33,222 bases of DNA from a virus (lineage: Duplodnaviria > Caudoviricetes). Positions 17,257 to 27,892 of the stretch are shown here, piece by piece. The notes under the pieces are model-generated. The model worked only from the letters and a program-made list of their open reading frames with translations, ran no database searches and had not been told where the DNA came from. Where the stretch lies: IMG/VR virus record IMGVR_UViG_3300044295_000294, positions 1 through 33,222 of that record; one strand, written 5' to 3'. The position numbers and the translations under genes were made by a program. The stretch's first letter is position 1. Every line of letters begins with the position of its first letter.

Positions 17257-18282
17257 ATGTTATCATCACCCTTCTACTATAAACTGATTAGAAAATATGT
17301 CATACTGTTTGGCAACATGTTTAACAACATTACGATTGTTAGACGTGAAAAAGGCAGTGACATTGAGATACAGAGAGTAAAAGTACCAATCATTTATGCT
17401 CCAAAAGACAAGTATGTAACAAGACTTGCTACTGATCCTGATTTATATCGTGAGATACAGACTGTTCTACCACGAATGTCTTTTGAACTGACACCAAATG
17501 GTATAACATATGATGTTTCTCGCAAGCAAAACTCACTGCTCAAACAATACAATTGTGGTGCGGCAAGCGGCATCAACTCTGCTTATATGGGTGTGCCATA
17601 TGATTTTACTTTTGAACTAAACATATACTCTAAAACGATTGATGACGGCAATCAAATTATTGAACAAATACTGCCATACTTTCAGCCAGACTTCACACTA
17701 ACAGTCAATCCTGTACCAGAACTAGGTATACTTAAAGACATACCAATAATTCTGAATGATGTGACATATAATCCGCAATATGAAGGTAACTATGATTCTG
17801 TCCGCTATGTTTATTGGACATTGACATTTACAGTCAAAGGTTATCTCTTTGGACCAATTTCTACTCCCAAGATTATTCGCAAGTCTATTGCCAACATATT
17901 CAATGACCCTTCTATTGTTGCTGGTTATACTATCAAAATCAACACAGGCACAGGTAATAATGGCACATTTCAAATGATGGATACTGTATATCAAGGTGAT
18001 AGTTACCAGACAGCATCAGCAGTTGCCACGGTAATTGAATGGAACAGACCAAATCAAAAATTGATTATATCGGGTGCACAAGGACAATTCAAAGCGAATC
18101 TTGATATTAAAGCTATGAACACTAATGCTGTTTATCGTCTAGCAAGTTTTGATGCAACACCGCTTAAACTTGCAAGTATTACAGTTGAACCAGATCCAAT
18201 TGATGCTGAGCCCGGTGACACATATGGTTATGATACACAAATATTGGAATGGCCAGATACAGAACTTGGAGCCAACACATGA
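17257..18282 (+). CDS. gp15: Tail terminator / sheath stabilizer gp15
   Basis: FY...IRKYVILFG.MFNNI, KVPI.YAPK.K, LPRMSFE, VPYDF.FEL.I, QIIEQILPYFQP. Confidence 0.92.
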   Translation: MLSSPFYYKLIRKYVILFGNMFNNITIVRREKGSDIEIQRVKVPIIYAPKDKYVTRLATDPDLYREIQTVLPRMSFELTPNGITYDVSRKQNSLLKQYNCGAASGINSAYMGVPYDFTFELNIYSKTIDDGNQIIEQILPYFQPDFTLTVNPVPELGILKDIPIILNDVTYNPQYEGNYDSVRYVYWTLTFTVKGYLFGPISTPKIIRKSIANIFNDPSIVAGYTIKINTGTGNNGTFQMMDTVYQGDSYQTASAVATVIEWNRPNQKLIISGAQGQFKANLDIKAMNTNAVYRLASFDATPLKLASITVEPDPIDAEPGDTYGYDTQILEWPDTELGANT

Positions 18283-18695
18283 CAAAAGTGAATGAATCTT
18301 TATCCAATGCTCTAGATATACCATTTGAGAAACAAGAAATACTTGAACCAGTAAAGCAGGAAGAAGAACAACTGACATCTGATGCTGAATCTGACTATAA
18401 TTTGGCAAGAACAACATTCCGCAATTTGATTACTCAAGGCAATCTAGCATTAGAAGATATGAAGAACTTAGCCAGAGAAAGCGAAAGTCCAAGAGCATAC
18501 GAAGTGTTTGCCACAATGATCAAGACCATATCTGAATCAACTAAAGACTTGTACGATCTACAAAAGAAAACAAAAGAACTAAAACAGATAAACGGCAAGC
18601 CAATACAACCAGATGGTGCTATTAATGTTGAACGTGCTGTTTTTGTTGGTACTACATCAGATTTACTTAAAAGAGTAAAGGCAGAAAAACAATGA
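18279..18695 (+). CDS. gp16: Terminase small subunit gp16
   Basis: DY..AR.....LI..G..A, ESESPRAYEV, VFVGTTSDL; ATG18279 overlaps the gp15 stop (ATGA), GGAG SD. Confidence 0.88.
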   Translation: MTKVNESLSNALDIPFEKQEILEPVKQEEEQLTSDAESDYNLARTTFRNLITQGNLALEDMKNLARESESPRAYEVFATMIKTISESTKDLYDLQKKTKELKQINGKPIQPDGAINVERAVFVGTTSDLLKRVKAEKQ

Positions 18696-19743
18696 AGTCC
18701 TTCAAACAATTTCTCAATAAACGTGTCCTAACTGTATCTGCACTAGCCAAGAAGCATGGTGTTGATACTGATTATATTGAAAAACAACTTCAAAAAGGTA
18801 TCAAAGTAGAACACGAACACTCAACAAAACTCAAAGTGGCTCGGCAGATTGCTCTTGCTCATCTAGGAGAAGACCCCGACTATTATAAAAAATTGAAGAA
18901 GATAGAAAAAAAACAATTAAAAGAAGAAAGAAGAGCAGCACATAATACTTTATCTTCATTTTTCAATAAAAATGATTCAATAGATGAAGGTAAGTTAAAA
19001 AGAGCCTTTACATTACGAAAAACAATGAATGATACTGAGATAGGAGAACACTATGGCAAAATTCATGGTGGAGGCAGACCATATGATGGTCAAACAGTTA
19101 AAAGTTTTTTTGATAGATTTAAAGATCATCCACACTATGTAGATCCACTTTTTGCTGGCAGAAAGCATAATGAAGAAGATTTTAAGAAAACTGTTTTTGG
19201 TTTACAAAAAATAGGACATTCTGCATCTTCAATTGCTGATATGTTACACTCTGAAGAAAGACCTGTAAATAAAAATAGAGTAATAGGTATTCTTAATAGA
19301 ATAAAAGATGATGAGAGGAAAAAATTTACATCTGATCTTGAAAAGGGAATAGAACCAGAAGAATATACTAAATTTAAAAATAAACCAGTTACATCCAAAT
19401 TACAAGGTAGAGCTGGATGGAAAACAAATAAACAAGGAGTGCAAGAAATGAAACAAGAAATTTCAGAAGGAATAATTTCAAACTTAATCAACGTAATTAA
19501 AAAGAAAAAAAGCAAACCTACTGGAGAAGAACGACAATTACATGCTGCATATGCTTATAAACATATTAATAAAGCCCATGAAGAAATAAGAAAACTGCTT
19601 GCTGATAAAAATTTGCATCCTAATGTAAGGCAATATTTACAGTATCTTGAAGGTCATACAACAATCACACAAAACGCACTAAACAAAATGTCTGTTGGCA
19701 AATCACCAACAACAACCAAAAAAGAAAAAAGCGGTAGAATGTA

Positions 19744-19744
<1 letters not shown>
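18692..19744 (+). CDS. Putative internal head protein: CTS-like N-terminus, DUF5661-like domain and tandem GcrA-like HTH domains
   Basis: MKSFKQFL start; KGIKVE.EH......A..IA..HL.EDPDYY.KL domain; GHSASSIADML...V.KN.VIG...R segment. Confidence 0.65.
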
Positions 19745-21974
<2,230 letters not shown>

Positions 21975-21997
21975 TTCATTGAAACGGCTACATAGCC

Positions 21998-22026
21998 TTT
22001 ATATCACTCTGTCAAGAGGTTGTCAA
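21998..22026 (-). promoter_or_regulatory. Near-consensus sigma70 promoter oriented antisense to gp17
   Basis: Minus strand: TTGACA (22026-22021), 17 nt, TATAAA (22003-21998) with extended -10 TG; a second TTGACA at 22015-22010. Confidence 0.6.
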
Positions 22027-22053
22027 GAGAAAAATAGCAGAAATCTTCATTTT

Positions 22054-22061
22054 TCTAAATA
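22054..22061 (+). promoter_or_regulatory. Late promoter variant TCTAAATA for gp18
   Basis: CTAAATA variant of the T4-like late consensus 42 nt upstream of gp18. Confidence 0.55.
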
Positions 22062-22103
22062 ATAAACAATAATAACAATAACCTCTCAAAAGGAGACTGA
22101 AAA

Positions 22104-23801
22104 ATGGCTTTTATGCTTTCACCTGGAGTCAATGTTTCTGAAATTGACTTGACAACTATTGTACCCGCAGTTGGTACCACAGAAGGTGCCTTTGCTGGTG
22201 CTTTCGTTTGGGGACCAATGGGTTCTGTTGTAACAATTAGTAATGAGGTTGAACTAGTAAATACATTTGGTAAGCCAGATGCAAATACATTTAAATCATT
22301 CTTTACTGCTGCCAACTTCCTTTCATATGCAAGAAATTTGAAGGTTGTGCGTGCTGGTTCCAATACAACATCAAACAATGCAACTTCAGGCTCAGTTGCT
22401 CCTATTATTAGAAATAGAGATGATTATGAAATTCAATATCTTGATCTTTCAGCAGCCAATACAGTAGGACAGTTTGCTGCCCGTTATCCTGGTGATTTAG
22501 GCAATTCACTTAAAGTTTCATTATGGGCATCACAAAATTCTGTTGCATATCCTTCATGGACATATTATGATGAATTTAATACTGTTCCTGGTACATCAGC
22601 ATATGTTTCAAATGTTAATGGTGCTAATGATGAAATGCACATCATTGTAATTGACGAAAAAGGCAAGTTTTCGGGTGTATCAAATACAGTTCTAGAAAAA
22701 TTCGGTTATACTTCAAAAGCATTTGATGCTACCAACGATGATGGTTCTTCAAACTATTACGTAAATGTTATTAATGAGCGTTCAAGATACATTTACATCA
22801 TGAATCATCCAGATGAAGTAACAGCAAATATGAACTGGGGATCAGCTGCTTCTAATACAACATTTAAACAGGATGCTACATCATATACAGCATCTCTTGC
22901 AAATGGTAGATATGGTCTGCCTACAAATGCTGATCTGATCAATGCATATGATAGATTTGCAAATCCAGAAGAAATTGATGTATCATTGATTATTACTGGT
23001 GCTGCTAATAATACAGTAGCAGAATATGTTGTTGATAATATTGCTGGTTCAAGAAAAGACTGTGTTGCTTTCGTTTCTCCTCTTTATGAAGATGTTGTTA
23101 ACAATTCTGGTTCCGAAGCAGATGATATTATTACATACCGTAATCTATTCAATTCTTCTTCATATGCGGTAATGGACAACAACTGGAAGCTTCAATTTGA
23201 TAAGTACAACAATGTTTATCGTTGGGTACCACTCAATGGTGATATCGCAGGTCTTTGCGTTAGAACAGACTTTGAAAGAGATCCATGGTATTCACCAGCA
23301 GGATTCAATCGTGGTCAAATCAAGAACGTTGTTAAATTGGCATGGAATCCAGATAAGACAGATAGAGATGAGCTTTATAAGAATGGTGTAAATCCTGTCG
23401 TATCATTCCCAGGAGAAGGTGTTGTTCTGTATGGTGATAAGACCATGCTTGCTAAACCTTCTGCTTTTGATAGAATCAACGTAAGAAGACTCTTTATCGT
23501 TCTTGAAAAAGCAATTGCACGTGCTGCTAAGTATTCACTATTTGAATTCAACGATGAATTTACAAGAGCACAGTTCGTTGCACTCGTAGAACCATTCCTC
23601 AGAGACGTACAAGGAAGACGTGGTATCTTTGACTTCCGTGTTGTTTGTGACACAACAAATAATACTCCTGAAGTAATTGACCGTAATGAATTTGTTGGCG
23701 ATATCTATATTAAGCCTGCCCGCAGCATTAATTTTATACAATTAAATTTTGTTGCCGTTAGAACGGGCGTAGCTTTTGAAGAGGTGGTTGGACGTTTCTA
23801 A
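22104..23801 (+). CDS. gp18: Tail sheath protein gp18
   Basis: SPGVNVSEIDLT, AANFLSY, W.SPAGFNRG, GDKT....PSAFDRINVRRLF, IKPARSINFI.LNFVA.RTG. Confidence 0.97.
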   Translation: MAFMLSPGVNVSEIDLTTIVPAVGTTEGAFAGAFVWGPMGSVVTISNEVELVNTFGKPDANTFKSFFTAANFLSYARNLKVVRAGSNTTSNNATSGSVAPIIRNRDDYEIQYLDLSAANTVGQFAARYPGDLGNSLKVSLWASQNSVAYPSWTYYDEFNTVPGTSAYVSNVNGANDEMHIIVIDEKGKFSGVSNTVLEKFGYTSKAFDATNDDGSSNYYVNVINERSRYIYIMNHPDEVTANMNWGSAASNTTFKQDATSYTASLANGRYGLPTNADLINAYDRFANPEEIDVSLIITGAANNTVAEYVVDNIAGSRKDCVAFVSPLYEDVVNNSGSEADDIITYRNLFNSSSYAVMDNNWKLQFDKYNNVYRWVPLNGDIAGLCVRTDFERDPWYSPAGFNRGQIKNVVKLAWNPDKTDRDELYKNGVNPVVSFPGEGVVLYGDKTMLAKPSAFDRINVRRLFIVLEKAIARAAKYSLFEFNDEFTRAQFVALVEPFLRDVQGRRGIFDFRVVCDTTNNTPEVIDRNEFVGDIYIKPARSINFIQLNFVAVRTGVAFEEVVGRF

Positions 23802-23817
23802 AATACCCAACAACCTC
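23781..23817 (+). other. Inverted repeat spanning the gp18 stop codon
   Basis: GAGGTGGTTGG (23781-91) against CCAACAACCTC (23807-17): 10 of 11 complementary; no U-tract. Confidence 0.45.
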
Positions 23818-23829
23818 GTGGTAGAATAT

Positions 23830-23880
23830 ACTAAATAGATGGTAAACAATAATATGGAGACATTTATGTATACCATCTAT
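23830..23880 (+). promoter_or_regulatory. Late promoter ACTAAATA plus hairpin sequestering the endonuclease start codon
   Basis: Perfect 10-bp ATAGATGGTA (23835-44) / TACCATCTAT (23871-80); inner stem closed by ATG-GAGA-CAT holds the SD at the apex and ATG23866 in the 3' arm; the promoter overlaps the 5' arm. Confidence 0.7.
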
Positions 23881-24480
23881 AAAGTGACAAACAAAACAAA
23901 TGGGAAGGCATATATTGGATTTGATTCGAAATGGCCTTCCCGTAAATCAGTACATATTTGTGAGGCTATAACCAGAAAGAATAAAAAATATCCTCTGTAT
24001 AGAGCAATCAGAAAATATGGTATTGATAATTTCGATTGGGAAGTATTATATCAAAGTGAAGATAGAGAACATACTTTGAATGTTGTTGAAAACAAAATGA
24101 TACTTGAACATAATACTCATTTTAGAGATGGACACGGTTACAATATGACATATGGTGGAGAAGGTGCTTTAGGTTGGATTCCATCAGAAGAAACTAAAAA
24201 GAAAATAGGATTAGCAAATAGTAGATCAACACTGACTGAAGAAGGAAGAAAAATAAAATCTGACTTCACAAAGAACAATAATCCTATGAATGATCCTGTT
24301 ATTAGAGAAAAGCATAGACAAAGATTACTTGAATCTAAAACTAATGCAAGAAAAGTGACTGATGGAAAACAAATTTTTGATTCAATACGAGATGCAAACA
24401 AACAGTATTCTAATATATCATATCAAAAACTTTATGGTTATATTAGAGAAAATAAAAATGGTTGGTCTTACGTAACATAA
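23866..24480 (+). mobile_element. Free-standing GIY-YIG (Seg-like) homing endonuclease between gp18 and gp19
   Basis: YTIYKVTNKTNGKAYIG, LYRAIRKYG..NF.WEVL, GYNMT.GGEG, NUMOD3 SEETKKKIG, C-terminal IFDSIRDA (NUMOD1/IENR-like). Start chosen from the GGAG SD. Confidence 0.9.
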
Positions 24481-24483
24481 ATA
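24476..24483 (+). promoter_or_regulatory. Late promoter CATAAATA for gp19
   Basis: NATAAATA overlapping the endonuclease stop, 31 nt before the gp19 ATG; SD AAGGAG. Confidence 0.6.
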
Positions 24484-24514
24484 TATAAAAACAATTCTCT
24501 AAGGAGTAAACTAC

Positions 24515-25123
24515 ATGGCTTTTCGGGTACAAGAGTTTAGATCACAAATGAATTATGACGGTGCACGTCCTAATTTGTTCAAGTGTGATCTAACATTTCC
24601 TACATTGACACAAGGACAAGGTGCACAAACCAAGTTCACATTTATGGCAAGAGCAGCACAACTTCCTGGTTCTACTGTCAATCAGATTCCACAATTCTAT
24701 TTTGGACGTGAACTTAAGTTTTCGGGCAATCGTTCATTTCCAGAATGGACAGTAACGGTTATTAACGATGAAGACTTTAAGATCCGTGATGCTTTTGAAA
24801 GATGGATGAGTGGTCTAAACTCACACGTCGGTAACTTAAGAAGTCCTCAGTTCATTAAAGGCGATGGTGGATATCAGCAAGACGGTTTCGTAACACAATT
24901 TGGTAAAGATGGTTCAACAATCAAGAGATATAAGTTTATTGGACTATTTCCAATTGATGTTTCTCCTATTGAACTTGATTGGGGTGCAAATGATACAATT
25001 GAAGAATATGCAGTAACATTTGCTTATCAATGGTGGGAGTGGGCTGGTGGTACAAATGGACCCACTACAGACTTTGTTGGCGCAAATGCTGTTACAAGTC
25101 CAATTCTACCTGTTATTCCATAA
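24515..25123 (+). CDS. gp19: Tail tube protein gp19
   Basis: GARPNLF, AAQLPGS, GRELKF.G.R.F.EWTVTVINDEDF.IR.AFE.W, FPIDVSPIELDW, IEEY.VTFAYQWW. Confidence 0.95.
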   Translation: MAFRVQEFRSQMNYDGARPNLFKCDLTFPTLTQGQGAQTKFTFMARAAQLPGSTVNQIPQFYFGRELKFSGNRSFPEWTVTVINDEDFKIRDAFERWMSGLNSHVGNLRSPQFIKGDGGYQQDGFVTQFGKDGSTIKRYKFIGLFPIDVSPIELDWGANDTIEEYAVTFAYQWWEWAGGTNGPTTDFVGANAVTSPILPVIP

Positions 25124-25134
25124 TACTATATACA

Positions 25135-25163
25135 GATAGGGTGTTGTTAATCTTCACCCTATC
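25135..25163 (+). terminator. Stem-loop between gp19 and gp20 (attenuator, stabiliser or processing site)
   Basis: Perfect 9-bp stem GATAGGGTG/CACCCTATC with 11-nt loop; lacks a clear U-tract. Confidence 0.45.
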
Positions 25164-25188
25164 ATCATGTTAGAAAAGGAAATAATCG

Positions 25189-26859
25189 GTGGCAATCACA
25201 TTATTTGGATTCCAGATAGGTCGCAGTAAACCTTCAACAGATAATATCCAATCTGCTGAGGAAATCAAAAATAAAACATTTGCTTTTCCTCAGAATGATG
25301 ATGGTGCTGTAACTATCCAATCTGGTGGTTATTATGGCACATATGTAGATTTAGACGGTGTTGTCAGAAACGAGATTGAGCTTGTTACTCGTTATCGTGA
25401 AATGAGTATGCAGCCAGAATTAGAAACAGCAATTGATGAAATTATCAATGATGCTGTTGTTATGGATGATACAGGTAAAGCTGTTGAAATTAATACTGAT
25501 GATCTAGAAGTTGCAGATACTATCAAGAAAAAGATATCAGATGAGTTTCAATACATTCTCAAGCTGCTAAATTTTGGTAATATGGGTCATGATATTTTTA
25601 GACGTTGGTATATTGATGGAAGAATGTTCTATCATGTTATTATAGAAGAAGCATCTCCCGCTAAAGGCATTCAGGAACTAAGATATATTGATCCACGTCG
25701 CATTCGCAAGATTCGTGAAATTCAAAAGACAAAAGATCCTAAAACTGGTATTGAATTAATCAAGAAACAAAATGAATATTACCTTTATAATGAAAGAGGT
25801 ATCATAGGTACTCATTCTAATCTTGGTGCTAAGATATCAACCGATTCTGTTGTAAATGTAAACTCTGGGTTAATGGATGCTAAGAGGTCTATGGTTCTCT
25901 CTTATCTTCATAAAGCAATCAAGCCTCTCAATCAATTAAGAATGGTTGAAGATGCTACTGTTATTTACAGACTATCACGTGCTCCAGAAAGACGAATCTT
26001 TTATATTGATGTTGGTAACATGCCAACAATCAAAGCAGAACAATATCTTCGTGATATTATGGTAAAATATCGTAACAAGTTGGTTTATGATTCAAGCACA
26101 GGTGAAATCAAAGATGATAGAAAACATCTTTCTATGCTTGAAGATTTTTGGCTACCAAGACGTGAAGGAGGTAAAGGAACTGAAATTACCACACTTCCAG
26201 GCGGTCAAAATCTCGGTGAACTTGAAGATGTTAAATATTTTGAAAAGAAACTATACAAAGCACTTGGTGTCCCTATCTCAAGATTAGAAGCACAACAGGG
26301 CTTCTCTTTAGGTAGATCAACAGAAATTACAAGAGATGAGTTGAAATTTGCTAAGTTTGTAGATAGACTGCGTAACAAATTTTCTACATTGTTTGATGAT
26401 CTTTTAAGAATTCAACTTGTGCTTAAAAGAGTTTGCACTGAAGAAGAATGGAAAGAATTCAAAGAAAAAATTTGGTATGATTATAAGAAAGACAATAACT
26501 TTACAGAACTTAAAGAAACTGAGCTTCTTAATAATCGGTTGACAACACTACAAATTATTGATCCATTTGTCGGCAGATATTTTTCGTCTGAATGGGTAAG
26601 AAAGAATGTTCTACAGCAAACAGAAGAAGATATTGCTGAAATAAATCAACAGATGGCAACAGAAGCACAAGCTGCTCAGCAACAACAAGCACAAGCACAA
26701 GCCGATGCTGCCGCACAGGGAATGACACTAGATCAAAATGGTAATCCTGTACCAATGCAACAACAAGTTGGTCCTAATGGTGAACAATTAAATCCTGATG
26801 GTACACCTATGTTACCTTCTAAGTTTGAAATTCAAGCAAATGATATGGTGCAAATATGA
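25189..26859 (+). CDS. gp20: Portal vertex protein gp20 (GTG start)
   Basis: FRRWYIDGR, LSYLHKAIKPLNQLRMVEDA.VIYR.SRAPERRIFYIDVGN.P, EDFWLPRREGG.GTEITTLPGGQNLG; Q/A-rich C-terminal tail. Confidence 0.97.
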   Translation: MAITLFGFQIGRSKPSTDNIQSAEEIKNKTFAFPQNDDGAVTIQSGGYYGTYVDLDGVVRNEIELVTRYREMSMQPELETAIDEIINDAVVMDDTGKAVEINTDDLEVADTIKKKISDEFQYILKLLNFGNMGHDIFRRWYIDGRMFYHVIIEEASPAKGIQELRYIDPRRIRKIREIQKTKDPKTGIELIKKQNEYYLYNERGIIGTHSNLGAKISTDSVVNVNSGLMDAKRSMVLSYLHKAIKPLNQLRMVEDATVIYRLSRAPERRIFYIDVGNMPTIKAEQYLRDIMVKYRNKLVYDSSTGEIKDDRKHLSMLEDFWLPRREGGKGTEITTLPGGQNLGELEDVKYFEKKLYKALGVPISRLEAQQGFSLGRSTEITRDELKFAKFVDRLRNKFSTLFDDLLRIQLVLKRVCTEEEWKEFKEKIWYDYKKDNNFTELKETELLNNRLTTLQIIDPFVGRYFSSEWVRKNVLQQTEEDIAEINQQMATEAQAAQQQQAQAQADAAAQGMTLDQNGNPVPMQQQVGPNGEQLNPDGTPMLPSKFEIQANDMVQI

Positions 26860-27713
26860 GAAATATTAAAGAAGACTTAAATCAAGTCAAGACAGAAGTA
26901 CAATCTCCTGCTTCTCAGCAAGCCAATAAGCTTGGATTGAATTATGCTGGATTTGGACGGTATATTGATCCAAAAACAAATCAAGTATCACATATTGTAC
27001 AAAACGATAAACTAGTGCAATTTAATCGTGCTGTCAAAACAAATACATTCAAAACAAATAATGCTGATGATTATGGTAACTATGGTGCTGCTATGGCACC
27101 ACAAATACAGCAACTAAATGACTATCTAGTATCTCAGTATACAGCAGATAAGTATGATGACGACGAATTAAATGCAATTTATAGTTACACAAATGATGCT
27201 TATCCAAACATAAATCAAAGACTAGCAACATTACCTCCAGATGTTCCTGCAAAGAAAATTGAAAGATCATCAGTAGATGATACTATTCCTGATTTTATTG
27301 ATGCTATGGATTCTGTAATGAAAAAGTCTAGAGCTCCAGCAGATTTTCTTACATACACTAGAATGTCTGCTGACTACAGAATTGAAGATTTTCAACCAGG
27401 AATGAAGTTTAAATTTCTAACATATAGAAACACATCTATCAATCTAAATACTGTATTGAATTCAGCACAGGTATCACAAACTAGTTTTGCAGGAAGACCA
27501 CAAGTATTTGTTCTTCAAATTCTAGTAAAGAAAAATACTAAAGGAATATATGCTGCTGATTTCTCAGCCAAACCAGAAGATGCTGAATTTATATTACCAA
27601 GAGGGGCCACACTTGAAATTATGGATGGTCCAAAAAATCTTGTTGGTTCCGATTTGATGAGTCAAAACATGAATTTGGAAGTAATATATTTTGATTGTAC
27701 AGTAAAAGTATAA
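26856..27713 (+). CDS. ADP-ribosyltransferase exoenzyme-like (Alt/VIP2-type fold) protein with divergent catalytic motifs
   Basis: ELNAIYSYT...Y.NIN..L, YRNTS (STS-like), DAEFILPRG (ExE-like); N-terminal A.KLGL.Y.GFGRY.D module; ATGA overlap with the portal gene. Confidence 0.65.
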   Translation: MRNIKEDLNQVKTEVQSPASQQANKLGLNYAGFGRYIDPKTNQVSHIVQNDKLVQFNRAVKTNTFKTNNADDYGNYGAAMAPQIQQLNDYLVSQYTADKYDDDELNAIYSYTNDAYPNINQRLATLPPDVPAKKIERSSVDDTIPDFIDAMDSVMKKSRAPADFLTYTRMSADYRIEDFQPGMKFKFLTYRNTSINLNTVLNSAQVSQTSFAGRPQVFVLQILVKKNTKGIYAADFSAKPEDAEFILPRGATLEIMDGPKNLVGSDLMSQNMNLEVIYFDCTVKV

Positions 27714-27716
27714 ATA
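27709..27716 (+). promoter_or_regulatory. T4-type late promoter TATAAATA
   Basis: Exact consensus overlapping the stop at 27711-13, 21 nt before ATG27738. Confidence 0.8.
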
Positions 27717-27737
27717 TACTTATTTAAGGAAAGAACA

Positions 27738-27887
27738 ATGAAAATTAGACAAGCATTAATCAGTTTATCAGAAGGTAAACTTGAAGAAATGAACAAGAAT
27801 CTACGTGCAGCATTGTCACAAAAGGCTGCTGAGATGCTTGAAGAAAAAAAGATGGAAATGGCAAACAAGTTTTTTAATGATAAGTAA
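27738..27887 (+). CDS. gp67: Prohead core protein gp67-like (49 aa; missing from the ORF track)
   Basis: MKIRQALISLSEGKLEEMNKNLRAALSQKAAEMLEEKKMEMANKFFNDK; SD AAGGA; gp67-type K....LE..K...A..F pattern; syntenic after the portal. Confidence 0.75.
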   Translation: MKIRQALISLSEGKLEEMNKNLRAALSQKAAEMLEEKKMEMANKFFNDK

Positions 27888-27892
27888 GTGAA

